Source: Mesotaenium endlicherianum (lineage: Eukaryota). Taken from it: a DNA stretch of 56,367 bases. Position 1 is the stretch's first letter. The number at the start of each line of letters is the position of its first letter. The stretch is from positions 154,338 through 210,704 of the forward strand of contig WELA01001426.1 in NCBI GenBank assembly GCA_009602735.1. Direction: 5' to 3'. The notes below the pieces were generated by a model. The model was given only the letters and a program-made list of their open reading frames with translations, had not been told where the DNA came from and searched no databases. The position numbers and the translations under genes were made by a program. Below, piece after piece: positions 38,589 to 49,399 of this stretch.

Positions 38589-40106
38589 GCCGAGACGTCG
38601 CTTTTTCTATCGGGGGGGTGATGTAGTGATTTGAGTTATTATATATTAGTTTGCATATATTTTAATGTTTTCAAATATATTTGGAGTAGTATTGTGTGGA
38701 GTCAAGTGTGAATAGGTACTCTAGTAACTTGGTTCATGTCCTTTGAACCTTCCAAGGCATTTTCGAAGTTAGAGGAAAGACCTAGAAGAACTCCATGTGG
38801 CAAAAGTCAAATGTGCCATTTTTAGGTCAAAAGGACATGTGTACATTATTCTAGAAAGAGGTGGCAAGTTTTGGGATGTGTTGGGTGCCAACACATCAAC
38901 ATACACCTTCCTAGAAATTACTTATGTAGCAAGTATATAAACAAGAGCTAGAACATAGAAAGACATTCGAGAATCACTCTTGTACTTGCCAAAATCCAGA
39001 AATATATTAACTTTCAAGAAGCCATCTCTCTTTCAAGAAGCTACCACTTGTGTTCAAAGATCCTTGTCTTGAATAGATAAAGTATTCTGTTTTACTAAGT
39101 ACTTTCTCTATCTGTTTCACTACACACTTTCACAAGAAGTCCAAGTTGTTGAGAAGGAAGAACCGCTGGAGCCAGATGCTGGAGCAATTCCAAGTCCAGA
39201 TTGACTCCAAACCAGAGAAGTTGAGCCCTGTTGATGCACTCTCGAGAAGACCTGACTTGCAAGAAGGGAACTTTAGTCAGCACGCTGTAAATAAATTCTT
39301 GTGTGCACTTACTTCATTAAAAGTGTAATGAATCAGTATATTAGTAGATATAATATTCATTTAAATATAATAGTTAATTTAGTTAAGCCTGCTGAACTTT
39401 AGTTAGTAGTCAGTCTGCTGAACTTTAGTTAATAATCAGTCTGCTGGACTTTACATAATTATCAGTTTAATGACTCGGCCAAAAGCAGCAGGCTGAAGTC
39501 AACTTAAGTCAGCTTGCTGACACATTCTTTGACAGCCAGCTGACTTCCGTGCTCGGTAGCAGCGAACTGCCTTGATAAGCATCTAAGTACCACCTCTAGA
39601 TGAATGGCCAGATGACATCCCCATGATGGATGGCTATTCGGGATGATGGGAGATGGCGGTGGATTTGGTTAACCGAGGTCCTACCAACGTGGTTAACTCC
39701 CGGGTAGGCGGTGCCATCGCACTGACCGTTGAACAGTAAACTCATTCCATGTACATATGCTAGGCATTGCTCTCGAGTTCGGCATTCGGAAACGAGGCCA
39801 ACTCTCTTGTACAGCTTACTGAGAGAGATCTGAATCCAAGGCGAGAAGCCATTGATACGCACTGTCTTCTAACCTTGCTTATGTATGAGTTTACTGATTT
39901 GCATTATTGATGCTAGTTTACTCGCATTTGACTTACGAGTATTATTCACTGCTAGTGTATTGTCCTTTGCCGTTTAACTAGTTAACGGAAATACCATAAA
40001 GATTACTTGCTGATATAAAGATCTTTNATTTAATTGTTAATCGCCTATTNTTAGGTAAGTCGATTCATTTCAGTGGTATCGGAGCAGTTATCACAGTCTT
40101 CTTTGT

Positions 40107-41585
40107 ATGGTAAGGACAAGGTCTCAAACTAGCAACTCCCGAGACATGGAGAACCAGGATAACGAGAATGTCGAAAACCAGGCGGAAAGCCATGTAGCGG
40201 GAAACCGTACCTATTCGGAAGCAGTAGCGGATACTGCAGCTAGGGAGGCGGCAGATGAGGCAGCTGCTATTGCCTCAGTCACAGCCCAGCAAGCTGAGGA
40301 GGAGATAGCCAGACTAGAAGCTGAACAAGTAGCAAAGGCCGCTATAGATATACAAAGGAGGGAAGGACAGCCAGCTGACGAGCGCACTGTTGAAGAACTT
40401 ATGGCATCAAGGGCCAATGTTCTGAACCCACCTCCTGCTGTACAACTCAATGTACCCCTAGGTCAAATACGTGACCGGCTGAATGCGGCAGGAATTGCTG
40501 CTGCAGGAGCAAGAGGGATTGTTGAGGACACTACTCAGCGAGTAGATGCCAATGCTGCTGCTGCATTTGCTAATCTACCACCCCAAAATGTAGACTTGGG
40601 AGCATTGTTCGTTCAGATGCAGTCGCAAATGGCGACCATGTATCAGTCCCAGCAGGAGGACAAAAGAATCATAATGTCCCTACTCCGGGACAGAGACCAA
40701 CTGGGGTCTCACACCACTAGTGGTGGTGGCCGAGGGCCTAGTAAGCCCAAGCCGAAACCTCCCCAGGACTATGATCCTGAGGGAAACAGAAAATATTACC
40801 TGATCAAGTTTCTCGCGGATGTTGAGCAGTGGCTGGAGAACTACCCAGAACTGCAAGATTACGAGAAGGTCAGGCACACCGGTGCGCTACTGAAAGGCAG
40901 TGCCGCAGACTGGTGGCTTTACTGGAAGGAAGAGCGTAAGGCTCGGCAACTCGGTGACCCTACGTGGGTAGAGTTTGTCGAGAAGTTGCATGAGAAGTTT
41001 GATGTCATCAACCAGCAGGAGAAAGCTATCTATGCGATGATCTCCCTGACACTGAAGCAGACCACTTCAGTTGCTGAGTTTGCTCAAAAGTTCCAAGAGA
41101 ACATGATGAAGCAGCCTGATTTGCCAGAACGGTATAGGATAGCATACTTCAGGTATGGCTTGAAATCCGAGGTCTCTGGTCATTTTGCTGAGAAAAAGTA
41201 TGAGAAACTGGCTGACTTGATCCAGGATGCTGACGCCTGGGATCAGCAGCAGTTCAATCACAAGCGCCAGAGTAACGCTTTGGTGTCTAAGATTGTCAAA
41301 AAGCCCCACGGTTCCTACAATGCAGTTGAAGGAGACCAGGCTGAGGATAATCAGGGTGATGAATATGAGTATGAGTACAATGCTATTCAGTCTAGAGGTA
41401 GAGGTGGTCCCTCTCGAGGTGGCTATGGAAGGGGTGGTGGTAGGACTAAGCCGAGACCAGCCTCAGCAAAATCTACTTGCTACCATTGTCAGCAGAAAGG
41501 CCACTACAGAGAACAGTGTCCGGTCAAGCACCTGCCTAAGGTCGAGAGAAAAGACCAGCCTTTAAAAGACAGCAACAGTCAGTAA
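40107..41585 (+). CDS. gag: Gag of A2 (492 aa, CCHC knuckle)
   Basis: [23 protein letters not shown]-rich segment, [14 protein letters not shown]. Confidence 0.95.
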   Translation: MVRTRSQTSNSRDMENQDNENVENQAESHVAGNRTYSEAVADTAAREAADEAAAIASVTAQQAEEEIARLEAEQVAKAAIDIQRREGQPADERTVEELMASRANVLNPPPAVQLNVPLGQIRDRLNAAGIAAAGARGIVEDTTQRVDANAAAAFANLPPQNVDLGALFVQMQSQMATMYQSQQEDKRIIMSLLRDRDQLGSHTTSGGGRGPSKPKPKPPQDYDPEGNRKYYLIKFLADVEQWLENYPELQDYEKVRHTGALLKGSAADWWLYWKEERKARQLGDPTWVEFVEKLHEKFDVINQQEKAIYAMISLTLKQTTSVAEFAQKFQENMMKQPDLPERYRIAYFRYGLKSEVSGHFAEKKYEKLADLIQDADAWDQQQFNHKRQSNALVSKIVKKPHGSYNAVEGDQAEDNQGDEYEYEYNAIQSRGRGGPSRGGYGRGGGRTKPRPASAKSTCYHCQQKGHYREQCPVKHLPKVERKDQPLKDSNSQ

Positions 41586-44500
41586 TCCAGTCTACTGACT
41601 GTGAGGATGCTAGAGATAGTGAGTCGTCACTAGCTGCCCTCGTAGCAGGTATTATGGGTCCTGCTGAACTGGATTCACTATGCATGCCTGACAACCAGAT
41701 AAAGGAGACCATCAGCAATATAGACGTCCAGAGAGTGCACACTCTGGATGCTCTTGTTCCACCTGATGTCCAACATTTCTTTGCTACGTCAGGAGAACAA
41801 TGCGAAAGTCAGGAAAAGACAGTCCCCCCTATCCTACTGCATTGCATGATTGCAGGTAGGAAGGTGAGGGCATTTGTTGACGGAGGGGCGTCACATACTT
41901 TTATCCACAAGGACTTAGTTAAGCGGCTAAGGCTGCCTACTGTCACCCAAGGGAATAGAAAAATATTCCTTGGAGATGCCTCAAGTATCCCGGGAGGAGT
42001 TATAACCAAGCCTATTGAGGTCCAGTTAGGTTCTGGCATTGCAGTTCTAACTGAAACGCTTACATTTGAGGTACTCAACACTGGCTTTTATGATCTCGTG
42101 CTAGGCAGGTCCTGGCTTAATAGACATCAAGCTGAAGTGTGTTGGAGCAGAGGTACAGTTAAAGTGAGAGGAGCCAGTGATGGGCAGACTGACTTGGCAC
42201 CCACCAGTGCTCTTCCTCTTGTCCTGTGTGGATGGCAAATGAAGGAAAAGAAGAGGCTTCCAGAAGGATGCAAGTTGCTGAATGCAATGGAGTTCGTCAA
42301 AAGCTGGAACCAGAAGGAAGACAGAATGTTCTGTCTGCTGCTAAGAGAGGTACCTCCTCAACCTGAAGAAGTGGTTGAGAAAAAGGTACACCCTCCGGAA
42401 CACCCTACTGCTGCAAACATTGTTGCTCAGTACACGGATGTGTTTAATATGCCTCCAGGACTACCCCCTAAGCGGGAAGTAGATCATAGGATTGATTTAT
42501 TACCTGGTAGCCAGCCACCCTGGCAACGCACGTATGGCTTGTCTTATTTGGAGAGTGAGGAGTTGAAAACACAGATTGCAGAGCTGGAGGAAAATGGTTA
42601 CATTTCTCCCAGTAAATCACCGTACGGCGCACCTATCCTATTTGTTAAGAAAAAGGATGGCAGTATGCGGATGTGTGTGGATTACAGAGCCCTGAACAGA
42701 ATTACAGTAAAGAACAAGTATGCTTTACCCAGAATCGAGGACTTGCTTGATACCCTGTCTGGCGCTAAGGTGTTCAGTAAGATAGATCTCAAGAGTGGTT
42801 ATCATCAAATCAGAATTGCTGAGGGGGATGAACACAAGACTGCTTTCCGCACACGTTATGGACACTATGAGTTCAACGTGATGCCATTTGGACTGACTAA
42901 TGCTCCTGCTACCTTTATGGGTGCTATGAATGACATTTTCAGACCTTATTTGGATAAGTTTGTGCAAGTTTTCCTGGATGATATTTTAATTTTCTCTAAA
43001 GATGAAGCTCAGCACACTGAACACTTAAAGAAAGTGCTGGACACTCTGCGGAAAAATCACTTGTATGCTAAAATGAGCAAGTGTGATTTCTTTAAGGAAA
43101 GTATTGAATTCTTAGGCCACGTTGTCAGTAAAGAGGGCATCAGTGTGGATCCTAAGAAAGTCCAGACCATAAGGGACTGGCCAGTACCACAGTCTGTCTC
43201 TGAAGTTAGATCCTTCCTCGGGTTGGCTAACTACTATAGGAGATTTATTGAGAATTATTCCACAAAGGCCAGTAAACTGACTGACCTTACTAAGAAAGAC
43301 ATCGGGTATGTGTGGGGGGAAGAGCAGCAGGCTGCCTTCCAGACCCTTAAAGATGCCCTTTGTTCTGCCCCAGTGCTAGCCGTGTATGACCCCAGCAAAC
43401 CGGTGCAGGTGGTTACTGATGCCTCTGATTTTGCCATGGGTGCTATTTTGTTGCAGCCTGCTGACAAAACCACAAAGGATGGTAAGGTACGGCAGGAGTG
43501 GCATCCTGTGTTGTATGAGTCTATGAAATTTAATCCAGCGGAGATTAATTACTCAGTGCATGATAAAGAGCTGCTAGCTATCATTCATGTACTCAAACAG
43601 TGGAGAGCATACTTACATGGTAAAGCTTTTAAGGTGATTACAGATCATCTAGCTCTGACCCACTTTCAGAAGAAGTCCAAGCTGTCGAGGAGGGAGAACC
43701 GCTGGAGCCAGATGCTGGAGCAGTTCCAAGTCCAGATCGACTACAAACCAGGGAAGTTGAATCCTGCTGATGCACTCTCTAGAAGACCTGACTTGCAAGA
43801 AAGGAACTTTAGTCAGCATGCTGTAGATAAAGTCCTGTGTGCACTCACTTCACTAAAGGTGAAAAAGTCCTTCCTTGAACAACTTAGGAAAGCCTACCTT
43901 TCTGACCCAACATTTGAGCCCAGCCCCACTACTGGTATGTGTCGTGCTACCGCACTCGGGTATAAGCTCAAGGGAGGGGTCTGGGTGACTGAAACCACTT
44001 CAGGCAGGCTGAAGCTGGTCATTCCTAATAATTTGGAAATAAGGTCTCTCTTACTGAGTCAAGCTCATGACAGTCTCCTGGGTGGACATTTGGGGCAGGC
44101 CAAAACTGTTGGCAAACTGGCAAAACATTATCATTGGGAGGGGTTACCCCGGGAGGTCTTGAAATATGTCAAGTCCTGTGACCAGTGTCAGAGAAATAAG
44201 TCTCGGCACACACCACCCGGAGGTCTCTTGCAACCGCTACCCATCCCAGCGGGACGCTGGGAAACTATATCCATGGACTGGGTGGTCTCACTACCAAGAA
44301 CTGCCAACGGGCATGATTCAATACTGGTAGTCGTGGATAAACTGACAAAAATGGTCATTTTTATCCCCACAACTGTCAAAGTGACTGCACTCGAAACAGC
44401 GAGACAGTTTTACAACCATGTAGTATGCCAACATGGGCTCCCTTCTAATATCATCTCAGACAGAGACTCAAAATTCACCTCTAAGTTCTGGAGAGCTTTA

Positions 44501-45370
44501 ATGGGGTTAATGGGAGTCAAACAGCTGCTCAGCACAGCAAACCACCCTCAGACTGATGGGCAGACTGAAAGAACTAACCGAGTTCTGCAGGAGGTGCTGA
44601 GAGCATATATTAACCAAAAACAAGATAATTGGGATGACCTGTTGCCTCAAATTCAGTTTGCGGTCAACAGTGCGGTGCACGCGTCAACGGGCAAAACTCC
44701 TTTTGAACTCAGCCTGGGTAGAGTCCCTAAGTCTCCTCTAGATGTGCTAGGGGAATCTTTAACTCACCCTGAAGGGATTGACAACCCGGTCTCCCTCCAG
44801 TTAACTCAGGAGTTTGCTGACACCCTGTCAGAAGTCCAACGAAACTTGCACACGGCCCAAGAAAACCAACAAAAATACGCTAATCAACACCGTCGGGAAC
44901 TGACATTTTCCAAGGGGGATTTAGTCAAACTGCATTCTCAGCACCTGTACCTCCCTGGTGTGGTCAAGAAAAAGCTTGGCCCTGTCTGGGTCGGTCCATA
45001 TTCGGTGGTCCGTCGTGTCGGTCAGAATGCTTACAAACTGAACATGTCAGCTGAATACAAGGGGCACCCGGTCTTTAATGTCTCCTTCCTGGAACCGTAC
45101 ATCAAAGGTGATACACTGTTCACAGGTCGGTTCCCTGTCCAACCGGGACCGGTCCCCGCTGTCCGGGACGGCGACCCTGAGGAATATGAGGTCGATGAGA
45201 TTTTAGACGCTCGCTCGGTCCGTCGATCGTCTAAATATGTCATGAAATACCTCATTCGATGGAAGGGTTACGATGCCTCTGGGGACACTTGGGAGTTTAA
45301 GGACCACTTGACCAATGCCAAAGGGGCGTTGACACGGTTCCACCTTCGGGCCGCTGGAGTCCCTCCATAA
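41561..45370 (+). CDS. pol: Pol of A2 (PR-RT-RH-INT-chromodomain), in -1 frame to gag
   Basis: [74 protein letters not shown]; frame open from ~41540, start given at the slippery site. Confidence 0.96.
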   Translation, partial: FKRQQQSVIQSTDCEDARDSESSLAALVAGIMGPAELDSLCMPDNQIKETISNIDVQRVHTLDALVPPDVQHFFATSGEQCESQEKTVPPILLHCMIAGRKVRAFVDGGASHTFIHKDLVKRLRLPTVTQGNRKIFLGDASSIPGGVITKPIEVQLGSGIAVLTETLTFEVLNTGFYDLVLGRSWLNRHQAEVCWSRGTVKVRGASDGQTDLAPTSALPLVLCGWQMKEKKRLPEGCKLLNAMEFVKSWNQKEDRMFCLLLREVPPQPEEVVEKKVHPPEHPTAANIVAQYTDVFNMPPGLPPKREVDHRIDLLPGSQPPWQRTYGLSYLESEELKTQIAELEENGYISPSKSPYGAPILFVKKKDGSMRMCVDYRALNRITVKNKYALPRIEDLLDTLSGAKVFSKIDLKSGYHQIRIAEGDEHKTAFRTRYGHYEFNVMPFGLTNAPATFMGAMNDIFRPYLDKFVQVFLDDILIFSKDEAQHTEHLKKVLDTLRKNHLYAKMSKCDFFKESIEFLGHVVSKEGISVDPKKVQTIRDWPVPQSVSEVRSFLGLANYYRRFIENYSTKASKLTDLTKKDIGYVWGEEQQAAFQTLKDALCSAPVLAVYDPSKPVQVVTDASDFAMGAILLQPADKTTKDGKVRQEWHPVLYESMKFNPAEINYSVHDKELLAIIHVLKQWRAYLHGKAFKVITDHLALTHFQKKSKLSRRENRWSQMLEQFQVQIDYKPGKLNPADALSRRPDLQERNFSQHAVDKVLCALTSLKVKKSFLEQLRKAYLSDPTFEPSPTTGMCRATALGYKLKGGVWVTETTSGRLKLVIPNNLEIRSLLLSQAHDSLLGGHLGQAKTVGKLAKHYHWEGLPREVLKYVKSCDQCQRNKSRHTPPGGLLQPLPIPAGRWETISMDWVVSLPRTANGHDSILVVVDKLTKMVIFIPTTVKVTALETARQFYNHVVCQHGLPSNIISDRDSKFTSKFWRALMGLMGVKQLLSTANHPQTDGQTERTNRVLQEVLRAYINQKQDNWDDLLPQIQFAVNSAVHASTGKTPFELSLGRVPKSPLDVLGESLTHPEGIDNPVSLQLTQEFADTLSEVQRNLHTAQENQQKYANQHRRELTFSKGDLVKLHSQHLYLPGVVKKKLGPVWVGPYSVVRRVGQNAYKLNMSAEYKGHPVFNVSFLEPYIKGDTLFTGRFPVQPGPVPAVRDGDPEEYEVDEILDARSVRRSSKYVMKYLIRWKGYDASGDTWEFKDHLTNAKGALTRFHLRAAGVPP

Positions 45371-45637
45371 CTGTCATTTCAGTTGACACGGGAAGGTGAC
45401 AGGCGGTCCTGTCTCCATTTAAGTTGGAGGGGAAAATATATGACAGTTAGTGAGCGAGAGCGATAAAAACACACTCATACGTTTATGTGTAGCGCATCGC
45501 AACTACGTCAACTTTTAGCAATCATCCTGTAAGGTAAACAGCAGCGAAGCCACTATACTAAATACTAACATACTTCCTGCAATCCCTATGACAAAGGTCC
45601 ATATCCTACTAACTTGTGCCCTGGTTACATGTGCAGG

Positions 45638-47314
45638 ATGGCGCCCACCACACAAAAGGAGGACAGAAAGCGCAAGGCAGAAGAAGCCAGGAGGACAATG
45701 GAGCAATACCAGAAGGAGCTGGCGGCGACGTCCCTCACCAGGAGAGAACAAGAAAGGGTCCGCAAACAACAAGAGGCGGCAGAAGAGGCACAGAGGAAGA
45801 AGGATCAGGAAGCGGAAAACCTCAGGAAGGCTGAGGAGGAGAGACAGAAGAAACAGCAAGAAGAAGCGGCAGCGGCAGAAGAGGAGAAAAGAAAAAAGAT
45901 TGAAGCGGACAGACAGAAGAGCTTGGCCACTTACAGGTATACTGTGGTGGGTGGCCAAAACTTCGATAACCTGAAGGAAGCATTGCTGGCAGCCCAGGAG
46001 ATCAACAGGCTGGAACAGACAACACTGCTACAGAAGGAAGGAGCTACAGCACTGGACAGGTACATCGAGACACACACCGGCGTGGTCCTTTACGAAGATT
46101 ATGCTAAGATGGTGGGCTATACAGCAGAGCAGGCCCGGTATCTCGCAGATGATTCAGAGGACAAGCCGGTCCCCATACCGGGAATAGTGGGAGATCAGAG
46201 ACTCATCCGGATGGTGAGCATGCGGCCCGATAGCTTTAAGGATACGGTATTCTACCTCACACTCCTGCCAGCTTACAATGAAGTTGAGAGAAGGAGCTGG
46301 GAGTACTTGGCCAGGGAAGCAGGACAGCAGATGTTCTCTCCCCACTGGTTCCCGTGTAAACTGAGGAAGGCTGAGCACGGACCCCAGTACTACCAGCAGC
46401 CAACAGACTGGAGGTGGATGACCGTCACAAATAAGAAGCAGGAGTGTGACCGAGCCCAACCGGATGACTTCCACTATGGCCTAGACGGCTATCTCATCCT
46501 ACCACCTCACATTGCCCCTTGGGACCCCAGGCTGAATGGATGCCTGAGCAATATGAATGCAGAGACCAAGGAACATAGGAGGAGGGGAAGAGAGTACTTC
46601 TCTAAGGGAAAGCATGCCTTTGTCAAATGGGCAAAGAATGCAGGCCGGATAGATATCAGTAGGCTGAAGGCCAAGCAACCTCCAGCGCGCCCTAAGAAAG
46701 GGAGGTCGGTAGACTACTCCATGTCTACTAGGGAGCAGGACGACTTAGTGGACGAGACCCCTACTCTCTCCGAGGAGGAGGATGAGGAGGATGAGGAAGG
46801 AGAACAAGGCAGAGGAGAAGCATCAGCAGCAGGTACTCAGGATACCCAGCGAGAGGCAGTGGCACTTCCTAAAGAACCACGATCAGGTGTGTGGAATGTG
46901 ATCCCCGTTATGGCGACAACTGGACCCCGCGCTCGCTCCCCCAGCCCACCTGCCCAAGCAGGGGAAGAAGCTGATCTGACTGTACTGGGCAGCAGACACA
47001 GGCAGAAATCCCCAGAGGACAGGGGTGCCAGAAGAGGGACACGCGGGTGGGCCAGAGGTATGCCAGCCTCCCCCTCCGCTCAGGGGCATGTACCTCTAGC
47101 CAATGTATTTCAGCATCCTACTGGAATGCCTGTCTATGTGGGAATCAACACCCAAATAGTTGAAGAGCAGGCCACCATCCTCCGTTCTCCTCGAGGGCCA
47201 ACTTTAGAGCAAACAGGGTTCTTTAGAAGGCCAGCTGACAGACCTAGAGGGCTGTCCAGATCTAGGTCCAGATCTCCGTCCCCTGATCCTGAAGCCCCAG
47301 GAACCACCCCTTAA
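45638..47314 (+). CDS. Family-A extra ORF3, type b (558 aa, unknown function)
   Basis: Long open frame between pol and the 3' LTR; charged N-terminal coiled-coil-like region, aromatic-rich core shared with type a, acidic tract, Ser/Arg/Pro-rich tail; ATG directly after CAG|G. Confidence 0.9.
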   Translation: MAPTTQKEDRKRKAEEARRTMEQYQKELAATSLTRREQERVRKQQEAAEEAQRKKDQEAENLRKAEEERQKKQQEEAAAAEEEKRKKIEADRQKSLATYRYTVVGGQNFDNLKEALLAAQEINRLEQTTLLQKEGATALDRYIETHTGVVLYEDYAKMVGYTAEQARYLADDSEDKPVPIPGIVGDQRLIRMVSMRPDSFKDTVFYLTLLPAYNEVERRSWEYLAREAGQQMFSPHWFPCKLRKAEHGPQYYQQPTDWRWMTVTNKKQECDRAQPDDFHYGLDGYLILPPHIAPWDPRLNGCLSNMNAETKEHRRRGREYFSKGKHAFVKWAKNAGRIDISRLKAKQPPARPKKGRSVDYSMSTREQDDLVDETPTLSEEEDEEDEEGEQGRGEASAAGTQDTQREAVALPKEPRSGVWNVIPVMATTGPRARSPSPPAQAGEEADLTVLGSRHRQKSPEDRGARRGTRGWARGMPASPSAQGHVPLANVFQHPTGMPVYVGINTQIVEEQATILRSPRGPTLEQTGFFRRPADRPRGLSRSRSRSPSPDPEAPGTTP

Positions 47315-48461
47315 GGTGACAGGCTGAAAAGATAGTCAGTAAGGGAGGCTGGTCAGGGTCAGTTTCTTTATTTAAAGCTTTTGCAGTTTAATGTTGTCGA
47401 GGCGACAACAAGTTAAGTTGGAGGGATTGTAATGAATCAGTATATTAGTAGATATAATATTCATTTAAATATAATAGTTAATTTAGTTCAGCCTGCTGAA
47501 CTTTAGTTAGTAGTCAGTCTGCTGAACTTTAGTTAATAATCAGTCTGCTGGACTTTACATAATTATCAGTTTAATGACTCGGCCAAAAGCAGCAGGCTGA
47601 AGTCAACTTAAGTCAGCTTGCTGACACATTCTTTGACAGCCAGCTGACTTCCGTACTCGGTAGCAGCGAACTGCCTTGATATGCATCTAAGTGCGATATG
47701 CTAGATGAATGGCCAGATGACATCCCTATGATGGATGGCTATTCGGGATGATGGGAGATGGCGGTGGATTTGGTTAACCGAGGTCCTACCAACGTGGTTA
47801 ACTCCCGGGTAGGCGGTGCCATCGCACTGACCGTTGAACAGTAAACTCATTCCATGTACATATGCTAGGCATTGCTCTCGAGTTCGGCATTCGGAAACGA
47901 GGCCAACTCTCTTGTACAGCTTACTGAGAGAGATCTGAATCCAAGGCGAGAAGCCATTGATACGCACTGTCTTCTAACCTTGCTTATGTATGAGTTTACT
48001 GATTTGCATTATTGATGCTAGTTTACTCGCATTTGACTTACGAGTATTATTCCCTGCTAGTGTATTGTCCTTTGCCGTTTAACTAGTTAACGGAAATACC
48101 ATAAAGATTACTTGCTGATATAAAGATCTTATTTAATTGTTAATCGCCTATTGGGTAAGTCGATTCATTTCAAAAAGTCAAAAAGTCCTTTCTTGAACAA
48201 CTTAGGAAAGCCTACCTTTCTGGCCCAACATTTGTGCCCAGCCCACCTGATGATGTGTGTCCTGCTACTGCACTCGGTTATACGTTGAAGGGAGGGAACT
48301 GGGTAAGTGAAAATACTTCAGGAAGGCTCAAGTTGGTGATTCCTAATCACTTGGTCTTCATTATTGAGTCAAGCTTATGACAGTTTACTGGTGGGACATT
48401 TGGGGCAAGCCAAAGCTATTGGCAAACTGGCAAAACATTATTATTGGAAAGGGTTGCCTCG

Positions 48462-49207
48462 TGTAATGAATTAGTATATTGGATAGATATTATTTTCATT
48501 TAGATGTAATAGTCAAATAAGTTAAACTTGCTGAACTTCAGTAAATATTCAGTTTGCTGAATTTAAGTCTGCTGGATACTTAATACTTACTTCAAATGAC
48601 TCAGCCAAGAGTAGCAGGCTGAAGTCCATTAGGTCAGCCTATGGACTTGGGTCAGCTTGCTGACACATCCTTTGACAGTCAGCTGGCTGCCGTACTCGGC
48701 AGCAGCGAACTGCCTAGCTATGCATCTAAGTGTGGTGTGCTAGATGAGTGGCCAGATGACACCTTTAAGGTGGATGGCGATTCGGGATGATGGGAGATGG
48801 CGGTGGATCCGGTTAGCCGAGGTCCCACCAACGTGGTTAACTCCCAAGTAGGCGATGCCATCGCACTTGCCGCTGAACAGTAAATTCATTCCATGTACAT
48901 ATGCTAGGTATTGGTCTCGAGTTTGGCATTCGAAAACGAGGCCAACTCTCTTGTACTGCTTACTAAGAGACTGAATCTAAGGCGAGAAGCATTGATACGC
49001 ACTGTCTTCTAGCCTTGCTAATGTATGAGTTTACTGATTGCATTATTGATGCTCGTTTACTTGCATTTGACTTGCGAGTATTGTCCACCGCTAATATGTT
49101 TGTCTTTTGCTGTTTCATTAGTTAATAGAAAATACCATAAATATTAATCGTTGATATAAAGATTTTTATAGATTGTTAATCGCCTATTGGTAAGTCGATT
49201 CATTTCA
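48462..49207 (+). mobile_element. Solo LTR, family A (older variant), inserted in the integrase zinc finger of X
   Basis: TGTAATGAAT...ATTCATTTCA; TSD CCTCG at 48457-48461 and 49208-49212. Confidence 0.94.
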
Positions 49208-49399
49208 CCTCGAGAGGTCTTGAAATACGTTAAGTCCTGTGATCGGTGTGATCGGTGTCAAAAAAACAAGTCTAGACACACACCATCCGAAGGGCTACTA
49301 CAACCACTACCCATCCCAGCTAGACAATGGGAAACAGTATTCATGGACTGGGTGGTAAAACTATCTAGAACTGCAAATGGGCATGATTCTATCCTGGTA

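Larger units (their letters stand above)
32445..39124 (+). mobile_element. Ty3/gypsy chromovirus family B, intact full-length element
   Basis: 503-bp LTRs 32445-32947 and 38622-39124 (about six mismatches by eye; 8-bp terminal IR TGTAGTGA/TCACTACA); TSD CACTT; PBS TGGTATCGGAGC 32949-32960; G-rich PPT ~38612-38621; open gag and pol. Confidence 0.98.
39324..48172 (+). mobile_element. Ty3/gypsy chromovirus family A, copy A2, apparently intact, with ORF3 type b
   Basis: LTRs 39324-40072 and 47428-48172; TSD AAAAG at 39319-39323 and 48173-48177; PBS 40074-40085; PPT 47415-47427; three uninterrupted ORFs. Confidence 0.98.

Noticed and set aside
41585..41608. H-type pseudoknot (loop ATCC pairing with downstream GGAT) at the family-A frameshift site
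   Set aside because: Only 2 nt would have to span a 10-bp stem; a simple or bulged hairpin is more plausible
45638..47314. Calling ORF3 an envelope (env) gene
   Set aside because: Position and splice signal are env-like, but there is no signal peptide or transmembrane segment and the protein is highly charged
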